Origin: Mobula hypostoma
Lineage: Eukaryota
Direction of reading: 5' to 3'
Assembly (NCBI RefSeq): GCF_963921235.1
Contig: NC_086109.1
Span: 8,744,001 to 8,808,000 of the forward strand
DNA length: 64,000 nucleotides
Shown here: positions 12,841 to 23,862 of the stretch, piece after piece
Numbering within the stretch: the first letter of the stretch is position 1
Layout of the letters: every line of letters begins with the position of its first letter
Position numbers and translations under genes: made by a program
The notes under the pieces: generated by a model
Databases searched by the model: none
What the model saw: only the letters and a program-made list of their open reading frames with translations
Told to the model about the DNA's origin: nothing

Positions 12841-13552
12841 AGCCTGCCTCATTACGATCTTGCTGCTTGTTGTTTGCCTGCACTACACTCTCTATGTTCT
12901 ACCTTGTTCTACCTCAGCGTACTGGGTAATGACTTGACCTGTATTAACAGTGTGCAAGACAAGGGTTTCTCTGTATCTCAGTCCATGTGACAATAATAAA
13001 TCAATACCAATGCCAATCAGTCCATGCTAACTGTGGAGCACATCCAGTCAATCTCAATTTCCCCCTAAGCCCCACCTCTCCATCCAGGTGCTCCTTAAAA
13101 TGACACTATCGTACCTGTCTCAACCACTTCCTCTTCTATATGCCCCCCACCCTCTGCATGAAATAGTTTCCCATCAGGTCCCTGTTAAATCTTTCCCCTT
13201 TCACACTAAGCCCATGTCACTTAGTTGTGGACTGCCCTTCCCCGGGAAAAGACTGATACTGCCCACCTTATCTACACCTATCATACGTGCTATCTGTAAG
13301 GAGTTTATACGTTCTCCCAGTGGCCGTGTGGGTTTCCTCCAGGTGCTCTGGTTTCCCCCCACACAGTCGGTTGTTTAATTGGTCATTGTAAGTTGTCCCA
13401 TGGTTAGGCCAAGGGTAGATCAGGGGTGGCTGGGAAGCTCAGCTCGAAGTGCCAGAAGGGCTTCTTCCATGGTATATCTCAATAAATGAATAAATACATA
13501 CTTCTGTAAGGTTTCCCCACATTCTCCTACATCCAAGGCATACGGACCTAGC

Positions 13553-13672
13553 CTAGTCAACTTCACCCGCCCAACCTCACCTGGTCAACCTCACCTGCCC
13601 AACCTCACCTGGTCAACCTCACCTGGTCAACCTCACCTGCCCAACCTCACCTGGTCAATCTCACCTCACCCT
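13553..13672. repeat. 14-bp minisatellite, about 8 units
   Basis: Two interleaved unit variants, acctcacctggtca and acctcacctgccca. Confidence 0.9.
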
Positions 13673-13914
13673 GTCACTCTCAATGAGCAACACAATCTGA
13701 GGATGGTGCGGGAGCATTAAATAATATTTTGGGAGCTTGTTCGCTCATATGTAGGGAGTGTCAGTGAGCTGGGCATTCATAACACGGAGACAACCTGTAG
13801 TCATCACTCCTCCGAAACTTCCTGTCGTAGTGAACCAAACAAGTGTGTAAAATTGCAGACGTTTAGAAGCAAGTTGGCCTTCAGCACATGGGGCCGTTGT
13901 TGCACCTTTCCCAG

Positions 13915-15125
13915 GTAGAAGGGGGATTGATAATCTGGTTGAATGGTGCCTGAACGATCACTGCTCACTCAATGTCAGCAAAGCTGCTCATTGACTAGTG
14001 GAGGAGAAAACCAGGTGTCCATGAGCCAGTGCTCATTAGGAGACTGGAGGTGGAAGGGGTCAGTGATTGTAAATTCTTTTGCATCGCCATTGCATCCCAG
14101 GATCTGTCCTGGGATCAGCATGAAAATGCCATCACAAAGAAAGCACGGCAGCACCTCGACTTTTTTAGAGGCTTGTGCAGTTTCAGCATGTCATCAGGAA
14201 CGTTGACAAACTTCTATAGATGCAGAGTGGAGGGTATCCTGACTGGTTTCATCACAGCCTCATATGGGAAAAACAATGCCCAGGAACATAAAAGCCGACA
14301 AAAGATAGTGGATACAGCATAGTCATTCACAAGAAAAGCCCTCCCTACCATTGATCTCATCTACAAGGAGCTCTGCCACAAGAAAGCAGCATCCCACGGA
14401 CCACCACCATCCAGGCCATGTCCTCTTCTCACTGCTGCCATCAGAAAGCAGGTACAGGAGCATCCCACACCACCAGCTTCAGGAACAGTTATTACCATTC
14501 AACAATTAGGCACCTAAACTAGCGTGGATAACTTTGTTTTTTTTAAATTATTATTTATTTAGAGACTGCGCAGATTAGGCCTTTGCAGCCCTGCGAGCCA
14601 CCCCACCCAGCAGCTCTCGACGTCCCAGTTCAGCCCTAACCTAATCAAGGGACAATTTACAACGACCAGTCAGCCTACCCAGTACACCATTGGACTGTGG
14701 GAGGAAACCGGAGCGCCCAGGGAAAACCTACGCATTCCGCTCTGTAAGGAGTACAGAGGATACCGGTACTGGCCTCCGAACTCCGAACTCTGAACTCCAA
14801 CGCCCTTGAGCTGTAATAACTTCACTCACCTCAACACTAAGCTGATTTCACGATCTATGGACTCACTTTCAAGCATTATAGCACTGGTGTTCTCAGAATT
14901 ATTTATTTACTATTTATTATTATTACTATTATTTGTTTTATTTTGTATTTGCACAGTTTGTTTTCTTTTGCACATTGTTTGGTTGTCCGTCTTTGTGTGT
15001 AGTTTTTCATTGATTCTACTGTGTTTCTTTATTCTACTGTGAATGCCTGCAAGAAAATGAATCCCAGGGTAGCATTTGGTGACATGTGCGTACTGTGATG
15101 ATAAAGTTACTTTGAGCCTTGAGCC
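13915..15125 (+). mobile_element. Rex1/Babar-like fragment with a nested minus-strand V-SINE (about 14550-14815)
   Basis: DLSWDQH..AITKKARQHL..LTNFYRC.VEGILTGFITASYG. ataactt is duplicated around the SINE. Confidence 0.82.
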
Positions 15126-15544
15126 TTGAGATAGGCAAAGGATATTGTGCAGGAGGCAACTATACCTCTGTCTTGTAGATTGGGTCAGGTATCACTGGGA
15201 GAACCTGCGGCTTCAGTTAGAGATGCCCAACAACCCACACCACCTAGTTACACCCATGTGACCAGTTAACCCACTAACGTGCGCTTCTCTGATACGTCGG
15301 AGGAAACCAGAGCACCTGGAGGAAACCCACATGGTCACGGGGAAAACGTGCAAAGTCATCGCAGGCAGCAGCGGAGTTGAACCATTTGCAGACACTGCGA
15401 TAGTGTTACGCCACCGTGCTGCCACCACCCTGAAGAACTTTAAATCTTCCCTGTGATGGGAGCTCAGTGAAACCCTCTCTGTGACCTCTGCTGCCCTCCG
15501 ACTCATCGACCATGACCTCACCCAGACTCGCTACTGCAGCCATG

Positions 15545-16045
15545 TATCCTTCCTGGGAACTTGTTGAATTCTTTCTTCTCCAGCCTTTTATCTTTCCAGC
15601 CCACCTGGCATCACCTATCACCCTGTAGCTATCCTCCTTCCCCTGCCCCCCCCGACCTTTTTATCCTGCTGTCCTCCCCCCTCCTCTCCAATCCTCCAAT
15701 CCTGAATAAGGGTCTTGACCCGAAACAACAACTGCTTAATCCCCCTCCATAAACTTTTTAAAAATTTTTATTGAGAATCAGCACAGAATAGGCCCTTCGG
15801 CCCTTCAAGCCTTGCTGCCCAGCAACCCCCAATTTAACCCCATCCTAATCACGGGACAATTTACAAATCCAATTAACCTACCAACCAGTAGGTCTTTGGA
15901 CTGTGGGAGGAAACCGGAGCACTCAGAGGAAACCCACACAGTCACAGGGAGAACATACAAATTCCTTACAGCTAACGGCGGGAATTGAACCCAAGTCTCC
16001 TGATACTGCCTGACCTGCTGAGTTCCTCCAGCACCTTGTGTGTGT
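15545..16045 (+). mobile_element. PLE pLTR fragment interrupted by a V-SINE (about 15755-16000, minus)
   Basis: Degenerate hammerhead core ctgaataagggtcttgacccgaaac. The pLTR resumes as gatactgcctgacctgctgagttcctccagc. Confidence 0.7.
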
Positions 16046-16344
16046 TACTAGGTGCTGGCCTTCAAGGCCACTCCTGGAACTGAATGAGTTTCTTGGGATC
16101 TTTGAGAACCATAATTCAAAAGCCAGAAGAAAATATATTTGTTCTATTTCATGAAGAATGCAACCTCTCCAACCCATACAGTTAGTACTCATTGCAAGAC
16201 TCATTTAGGGAGTACCCACAGGCAGTATTTAGATATTGTGATTGAAAATGGTTATTTTTACCAAGTAACTAATGTTCAGCTGGTCTTATCAATCTGCACC
16301 TGGTTAACCAAGCCTAAATAAAGAAGGGAATATTTTCAAATCGT

Positions 16345-16562
16345 CATTTTTATCCAGCTAGCCTCCTTCCCCTTCCAGCTAGCCTCCTCCCCCCTTTTTT
16401 TTGTTCCGGTGTCTTTCCCCTTCTTTCTCAGTCCTGATGAAGTGTCTTGACTTGAAACGTCAACTGTTTATTCATTTCCATAGATGCTGCCTGACCTGCT
16501 GGGTTCCTCCAGAATTTTGTCTGTGTTGCCTTGGGTTTCCAACATCTACGGACTTACTCCTG
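16345..16562 (+). mobile_element. PLE pLTR fragment with a degenerate hammerhead
   Basis: cagtcCTGATGAagtgtcttgacttGAAACGTCaactg followed by the conserved pLTR end. Confidence 0.75.
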
Positions 16563-16652
16563 TTATACTTAAAAAAACATCTGGATCGTAACCTGACTTT
16601 ATACTCAATATATATGCAAATAAGACTAGCAAGAAAAAAGTTTCAGGTTACT

Positions 16653-17056
16653 AATACGAGAAAGTCTGCAGATGCTGGAAATCCAAAATACTACACACAA
16701 AATGCCGGAGGAACTCGGCAGGTCAGGCAGCATCGATGGAGATGAAACATAGTTGAGGTTTTGGGCCGAGACCCTTCTTCAGGCCTGGGAAGGAAGGGGG
16801 AAGATGCTGGAATAAAAAGGTAGGAGGGGGAGGGAAAAGAAGTTGGCTGGGAGGTAATAGATGAAGCCAGGTGGGTGGGAAAGGTCAAAGGCTGGAGTGA
16901 AAAGAATCTGATAGGGGAGAAGAGTGGACCATAGGAGAAGGGGACCCATGGGGGAAGTGATAGGCAGGTGAAAAGAAGTAAAAGGTCAGAGTGGGGAATG
17001 GGGGTGGGATTTGTTTACCGGAAGGAGAAATTGATATTCATGCCATCAGGTTGGAA
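16653..17056 (-). mobile_element. PLE 3' end (ORF terminus plus pLTR)
   Basis: Minus strand gives FQPDGMNINFSFR-stop, then a pyrimidine-rich UTR and the pLTR. Confidence 0.8.
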
Positions 17057-19909
17057 GAGGAGGGTGGGGTAGAGGGGGATACGCTGCTTCTTTTGTCTAG
17101 AAAGAAGCGGGGAGCTTTGAAGCCATGTTGGGGGCTAGAAATGTGTAGGGACTGGACATGCATGGTGAAGGTGCAGGGAATTGAAAGCTACTGAGGAGAG
17201 AGAAGTTTCCCAGATGTAGGTGGGGAGGGACTGAACCAAGTTCCTAGTAGCACCCAGTCAAAAGAGTTTCCTGCAGATCTAAAGAAAAGACAAGGCAAAG
17301 CACAGCAGTTGCTGGAATTCCCAAACAAAATCAGGATGCTCAGCAGATCACATAGCAGTGAAAGGACAAGGTCAAGCTCAATAGTCATTCATTCAAAGTC
17401 GAAGTATTGCCATCTGCGCAAGTCCGTATCTGCACAGGTGCAATGAAAAGCTTACTTGCAGCAGCATCGCAGGCCCAGAGAGTCAGATACTAGCGACTCC
17501 ACCCACCCTATTCACCAAATTGCCACCAGAGACACCACTGGTCCATCCCCACAAGGGCTACACGTCATCTCCGAAGCTTCTTTGCTGTAGCTATCCAGCT
17601 TCTCAACAAAACTCACTCAGGTGTAATGGCCCAACTGTCCCTAAACAACATGCATTACCTGGTCTTCCCTGCTCTCCTTGTCCCGTTGATGGTGATTGAG
17701 TCTGTTCATATGTTCAGAGTTTTTTAAAGTTTGATTATTGACGTTTGCACGTGTGACCGTTCTGCTAATTGTTGATTGCTCGTGGCCGTTTGCACTGTTG
17801 TCTTGCAAATAGTTGGTTGTTATTGTGTTTTCTGTTATGGTATTGTCCTGTGTTTTTATGTTTGGCACCAAACCACAATCAATTCTGGTACGTTTCACAT
17901 ATTGGCAACAAAGTGATTCTGATTCTGATAAGCAGAAAGAGATAAAATTATGTTGGTGCAAAGAGAGAGGAAAATCGGTCAAAGTCAACGTAAAAATCAT
18001 TATCAAAGTATATCTTTATCACCATATACTACCTGGAGATATATTTTCTTGCAGGCATTTACAAGAAGATAATAGAAATACAAGAGAATTTATGAAAAAC
18101 TGTAAGTTACAAAGACTGACAAAAATCAAATGTGCAAAAGAAGACAGATCATGCAAATAATAAAAACAAATAAATAAATAATAGCGAGAACATGGGTTGT
18201 AGAGTCTTTGAAAGTAATTCTGTAGGTTGTGGAATCAGTTCAGCATTGAGCTCAGTGAAGTTATCCAGGCTGGTTTTACTTTGAATAATCAAAGTCAAAG
18301 GCGAGTTGTCAGATGCACAGGTGCAACGAAAAGCTTACTTGCAGCTACATCACAGGCACAGGGCAACAGGGACACAACACTCACAAGAAAAACACAAATT
18401 AACCATAAATTATACAAGAAAGAACACAATTAGCACAAGAAACTCCACTTTTGCACAAAGTGGTCAGAGTGTTCAGACGACAGCTTGGCTTCTTTTGCAC
18501 GTTGGTTGTTTGTCCGTCATTTTGTGCAGTTTTTCACTGACTCTACTGTAATCCTTTGATCTACTGTGAATGCCTGCAAGAAAATGAACCTCAGTATACG
18601 GTGACATACTGTGTACGTGCTTTGATAATAAATTTAAGTTGACATTCGTTTGTGTTGCTAAACTGTGAAGATTGGGCTGGTTCAAGCGCTGGACGGCTGA
18701 AGGGAAGTAGCCGTTCTTGAACCTGGCGGTGTGGGACTTCAGGCGCCTACACCTCCTCCCCGATGATAGCAGGGAGAAGATGCCATGGCTCGGGTGGTGG
18801 GGATTTTGATGATGGACGTTCACGTCTTGAGGCATATTATGTAAGCACCGTCAAAATGTCAAGGTCTTCCCACTGAGCAGGAGAGGACGACTGAGAAATC
18901 TAAAACGATGGGAAATGGTTTCAGCACAAAGACTCGCCTATTTAAGACTGCAGGCGAGGAGGATGATTGTAAATCTTTGGAATTCTCTATCCTAGGGAGA
19001 CATGGCTGCTCTCTCATTGAAGGCTAGGATGGATAGTTTTTTTGTACAAGGAAAGTCAAAGGGAACAGGCAAAAGTGAAACTAAGGCCAATAACCAGATT
19101 ACGGGTGATATTGAATGAGTGTAAGTGGCTAATTGGCATAGTTACCTATGTACAAGGCCAATTACTAATGAGTCTCTTCATGGAGAAAGGTCCCTTGCCA
19201 TTCATGCCCACACTGGGGCCATGCCATCGCTCCGAGACCCCCAGGAATCCTGCAGTTCTGAGCAGTCTCCTGTTGTACGATGGCTTCCGTAAGGACGGGG
19301 ACAAAATTGCCACAGGGTGCTTGTATCAGCTATCCAGCAGCACAAGGTGAGTGAAGTGGCTGAGCCTTATGGCGCTCTGAAGCAGAGAAATTGTTGCTGT
19401 TGACACAAAAGGACACACTTCCTTCTACGCTTCAATGTATATGTGACAAATAAAGCTAATCTTTATTTTTAAAATCTTTATCTTTAGAAATTGAGACATC
19501 ACTTGACAGACTCCATGTGCCAGTGGGCCACCCATGATAAAGTGAATGGTTAGAACTGACAAGGTGGGCTGAAGGGCCAATTTTGTGCTGTCTTTCTCCG
19601 TAACCCAAAAATCTATCTAACTGTGTCTTAAATAAATTTAATGAGGTAGCCTCTTCTGCTTCTCTGGGCTGAGAATTCCTAAAGACAACTACTCTTTGGG
19701 AAAAGCATTTCCTCCTCATGTCAAGTAACATGTACAGTACAAAATACTGGAGGAACTCAGCAAGTCAGGCAGCATCTAGGGGAAGGAATAAATAGTCAAT
19801 ATTTCGGACTGAGACCCTTCATCATGACTCTCTCTCACACTTCCTCCTCATTTTCATCCTAAATCAACTCCCCCAAATTTTGAGGGTATGTCTCCTAGTT
19901 CCAGTCAAC

Positions 19910-20345
19910 GTGAAACACTGTTATAGGAAAGCAGCATCCATAATCTGAGATCCCCACCACCCAGGCCATGCTCTTTTCTCGCTGCTGCCATCAGGTAGAA
20001 GGTACAAGAGCTTCAGAACTCACCGAGCCAGGTTCGAGAACGTTACTACCCCACAACCATCAGGGGATCACTACATTCACTTGCCTGTCCATTGAGATGT
20101 TCCCACCAACCAATGATCTCACTTTAAGGACTCTATCTCACTATCTCATGTTCTCGTTATTTATTGCTATTTATATATATTTGCATTTGCAGAGTTTGTT
20201 GTCTTCTGCACTCTGGTTGATCTTTCATTGATCCTCTTATAGATACTGTTCTATAGATTTGCTGAGTATGCCCACAGGGAAATGAATCTCAGGGTTGTAC
20301 ATGGTGACATATAATTACTTTGAGAAGAAAATTTACTTTGAACTC
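19910..20345 (+). mobile_element. Rex1/Babar-like 3' fragment
   Basis: RKAASII.DPHHPGHALFSLLPSGRRYKS motif and a tactttgaac tail. Confidence 0.78.
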
Positions 20346-21020
20346 ACCAAATATAGAATAGAGAAATTTGTTTCCACTGGAAATAAGAAGAATGAGAGGG
20401 AATCATATCCAAACCAATAAAATTATGAAATCTGTCCATTTTCTGTAGCTTTTTACGCCTTTCTCTGCATTGTTATTGTTCTACCTTTTATAATGCACTG
20501 TGTAATGATCTGATCTGTATGAACAGTATGCAAGACTAGCTTTTCACTGTATCTCGGTACGTGTGACAATAATAGATAAATGCCAATACTATCTCATAAT
20601 TTTACACGTTTTTGTAAGATTCTTTCTTAGTTTTCAAAATTACTAATCCAGTGTCCAACCCACTGCGCAACTCCACCCCAGCAGTTCGGTGACAGAGAAC
20701 TTGAGCTATCTCTCTGCTCCCCTTCACCACAGCACTGCCGTTATCCCTGTTTTCTCTGTGGCTGCTCTTTACTTGCCTGTCACAGCCCCAAAAGTGGAAG
20801 GCCAATTCAGTTCCGTTGTTAGACAGCAGGTGACACAGGAGGCTGGAATCTGGAGCGACAAACAGTCTGCTGGAGGAACTCAGCAGGTCGGGCAGCATCG
20901 GGGTGGAGGGGGGAGGAATTGTCAGCTTTTTGGGTCAAAACCCTACATCAGTCCTCCTGAAGGCAGTTAATCAAATCACCTTCCACAAGATGTGCGCAAA
21001 GCTTACCTTGGTCGGATCCT

Positions 21021-23122
21021 AAGCAACACACACAAAATACTGGAGGAACTCAGCAGGTCAGGCAACATCTATGGAAATGAATAACTGTCGATGATTCGAT
21101 CCCAGACACTTCTTCAGGAAGGAAGGGGGAAGACCCCTTTTCTTTCCAATCCTTCTTTACTTCATGAAAATTTCGAGGTTCACAAAAATGATTCCAAGGT
21201 TGAAAGGCTTATCATATGAGGACTGGCGTCCGTCGTACTCATCTCAATAAGAAGCAAATGCTTTGAGAGGCTGGACAAGGACCACATCTGCAACATGCTA
21301 CACCCACACTGGACCCGCTAGGATTCGCCTACCGACACAACCAGTCAACAGATGATGCAATAGCCACAGCTCTACACACTGTCCTTACACACCTGGAGAA
21401 GAAGGATGCTTATGTGAGAATGCTGTTCTTGGACTACAGTTCAGCATTCAACACAATAATTCCCTCCAGGCTCAACAAGAGGCTCAGAGACCTCGGCCTT
21501 CACCCTGCCTTGTGTAGCTGAATCCTGGACTTCCTGTCAGATCGCCGGCAGGTGATAAGAGTGAGCTCCCTCACCTCTGCCTCTCTGACTCTCAACATAG
21601 GTGCCCCTCAGGGCTGTGTGCTAAACCCCTCCTCTGCTCTCTGTATACCCATGACTGTGTCACCACCCACAGCTCCAATCTGTTCATTAAATTTTCTGAT
21701 GACACTACACTGATTGGCCTTATCTCAAATAATAATGAGGCAGCCTACAGAGAAGAAGTCACTGCCCTGACACAGTGGTGTCAAGAAAACAATCTCTCCC
21801 TCAATGTGGCAAAAAACTAAGGAGCTGGTTGTGGACTACAGGAAGAATAGAGACAGACTAGCCCCTATTGACATCAATGGATCTGGAGTTGAGAGGGTGA
21901 ACAAGCTCCTCGGCATACACGTCACTGAGGATCTCACGTGGTCTGTACATACTGGCTGTGTAGTGAAAAAGGCACAACAGCGCCTCTTTCACCTCAGACG
22001 GATGGACAGGTTTGGTATGGGCCCCCAAACTCTAAGAACTTTCTCCAGGGGCACAATTGAGAGCATCCTGACTGGCTGCATCCCTGCCTGGTATGGGAAC
22101 TGTACTCCCCTCAATCGCAGGACTCTGCAGAGAGTGGTGCGGACAGCCCAGCGCATCTGTAGATGTGAACTTCCCACTATTCAGGACATTTACAAAGACA
22201 GGTGTGTAAAAAGGGTCCGAAGGATAATTGGGGACCGGAGTCACCCCAACCACAAACTGTTCCAGCTGCTACCATCCAGGAAACGGTACCACAGCATAAA
22301 AGCCAGGACCAACAGGCTCCCGGACAGCTTCTTCCACCAGGCCATCAAACTGCTTAATTCATGCTGACATAACTGGATTTCTATGTTATATTGACTGTCC
22401 TGTTGTACATACTATTCATTATAAATTACTATAAATTGCACATTGAACATCTAGACAGAGACGTAACATAAAGATTTTTACTCCTCATGTATGTGAAGGA
22501 TGTAAGAAATAAAGTCAATTCAAATCAATTCGAGTGGCTCTGGGTCTGTACTCACTGGAATTCAGAAGCATGGGGGGGGGATCTCATTGAAACCTATCGA
22601 ATGTTGAAAGGCCTAGATAGAGCGGATGTGGAGAGGATGCTTCCTATGGTGAGGGAGTCTAAGACCAGAGGACACAGCTTCAGGATAGAGAGACATCCAT
22701 TTAGAACGAAGATGAGGGAGAACTCCTTTAGCCAGGGAGTGGAGAATCTGTGGACTTTATTGCCACAGGCGGCAGTGGAGGCCAAGCCACTGGGTATATT
22801 TAAGGCAGAGGTTGATTGATTCTTGATTGGTCAGAGCTCGAAGGGATGCGGGGAGAAGGCAGGAGATTGGGGCTGAGAGGAAAATGGATCAGACATGATG
22901 AAATGACGGAGCGGAATCGATGGGCCAAATGGCCTATTCTGCTCCTATATCTTTTGGTCTTACAGCCTTCCGCCTTCCTTTCCATTCCTGAAGGAGGTTC
23001 TCAGCCTGAAATGTCGACTGTTTATTCACTTCCATAGCTACTGCCTGACCTGCTGAGTTCCTCCAGCATTTTGTGTGTGTTGCTCTGGATTTCCGGCATC
23101 TGCAGAATCTGTTGTGTTTATG
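21021..23122. mobile_element. Head-to-head PLE foldback containing a nested CR1 (about 21170-22962), itself split by a Rex1 element
   Basis: Reverse pLTR arm 21021-21160 and forward arm 22963-23122. 14-bp TSD cttggtcggatcct (21007-21020) versus cttcgttggatcct (23123-23136). Confidence 0.78.
21225..22530 (+). mobile_element. 5'-truncated Rex1/Babar LINE; RT pseudogene
   Basis: [38 protein letters not shown], and ORF 21804-22367 KKAQQRLFHLRR..IESILTGCIPAWYGN. Tail is (caatt)n. Confidence 0.93.
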
Positions 23123-23544
23123 CTTCGTTGGATCCTGATTTTTGCCATCCAGAGGTTCTTCAGGAACTAAGATTGAGGCATCAAACTTGTTGCTTACAGC
23201 TGTTTATTGAATGCCACAAGGGCAATGAGTGAACAAATGGAAGCTAGAGTACCAAGAAGTCATGGTCATCTTAGACAAAAACTAGCTCAGGCTAAAAATA
23301 TAATAGCATTCCAGTAATAACAATTAACCTGTAACATAACCAAATTCAGAAGATCTGACACGTGTTGCAGAAAAACTAAGAAGCTTCTAGAAAAAAACAA
23401 ATGAAGCTATACTACAATTGCTGGAAAATTCACTGGACAATTACACGTATATTCTGTAGGTGATTGTACGTAAACAGAAGTAAGCATAGGAAAGTTCAAC
23501 TGCAAGAAAAATAACAATTCTAAACCCTAATCTAGCACCTCAGT

Positions 23545-23862
23545 AATCATCACCATCATCATTTGCCGTGTTGTATGACGTGAGTGATCATGGACTTTCC
23601 ATGACCATGATTGTTATTTGGCCGATTTTTCTACAAAACTAGTTCGCCATCACCTCGGTGACAGTGGTGGCATAACCAGGACTTGTGACATGCACCAGCT
23701 GCTCATATGACCATCCACCACCTGCTCCCATGGTTTCATGTGACCCTGATCAGGGGCTAAGCAGGTGCTACACCTTGCCCAAGGGTGACCTGCAGGCTAG
23801 CGGAGGGAAGGAGCACCTTACACCCCCTTTGGTAGAGACATATCTCCATCCCACCACCCAGT
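23545..23862 (-). mobile_element. Non-autonomous RTE (BovB-like) bipartite element, family A
   Basis: Reverse-complement homolog of 35445-35828 with an internal deletion and a (gat)n tail. Confidence 0.75.

Noticed and set aside
13553..13672. CRISPR-like array
   Set aside because: Contiguous 14-bp units with no unique spacers, in a eukaryotic context with no cas genes.
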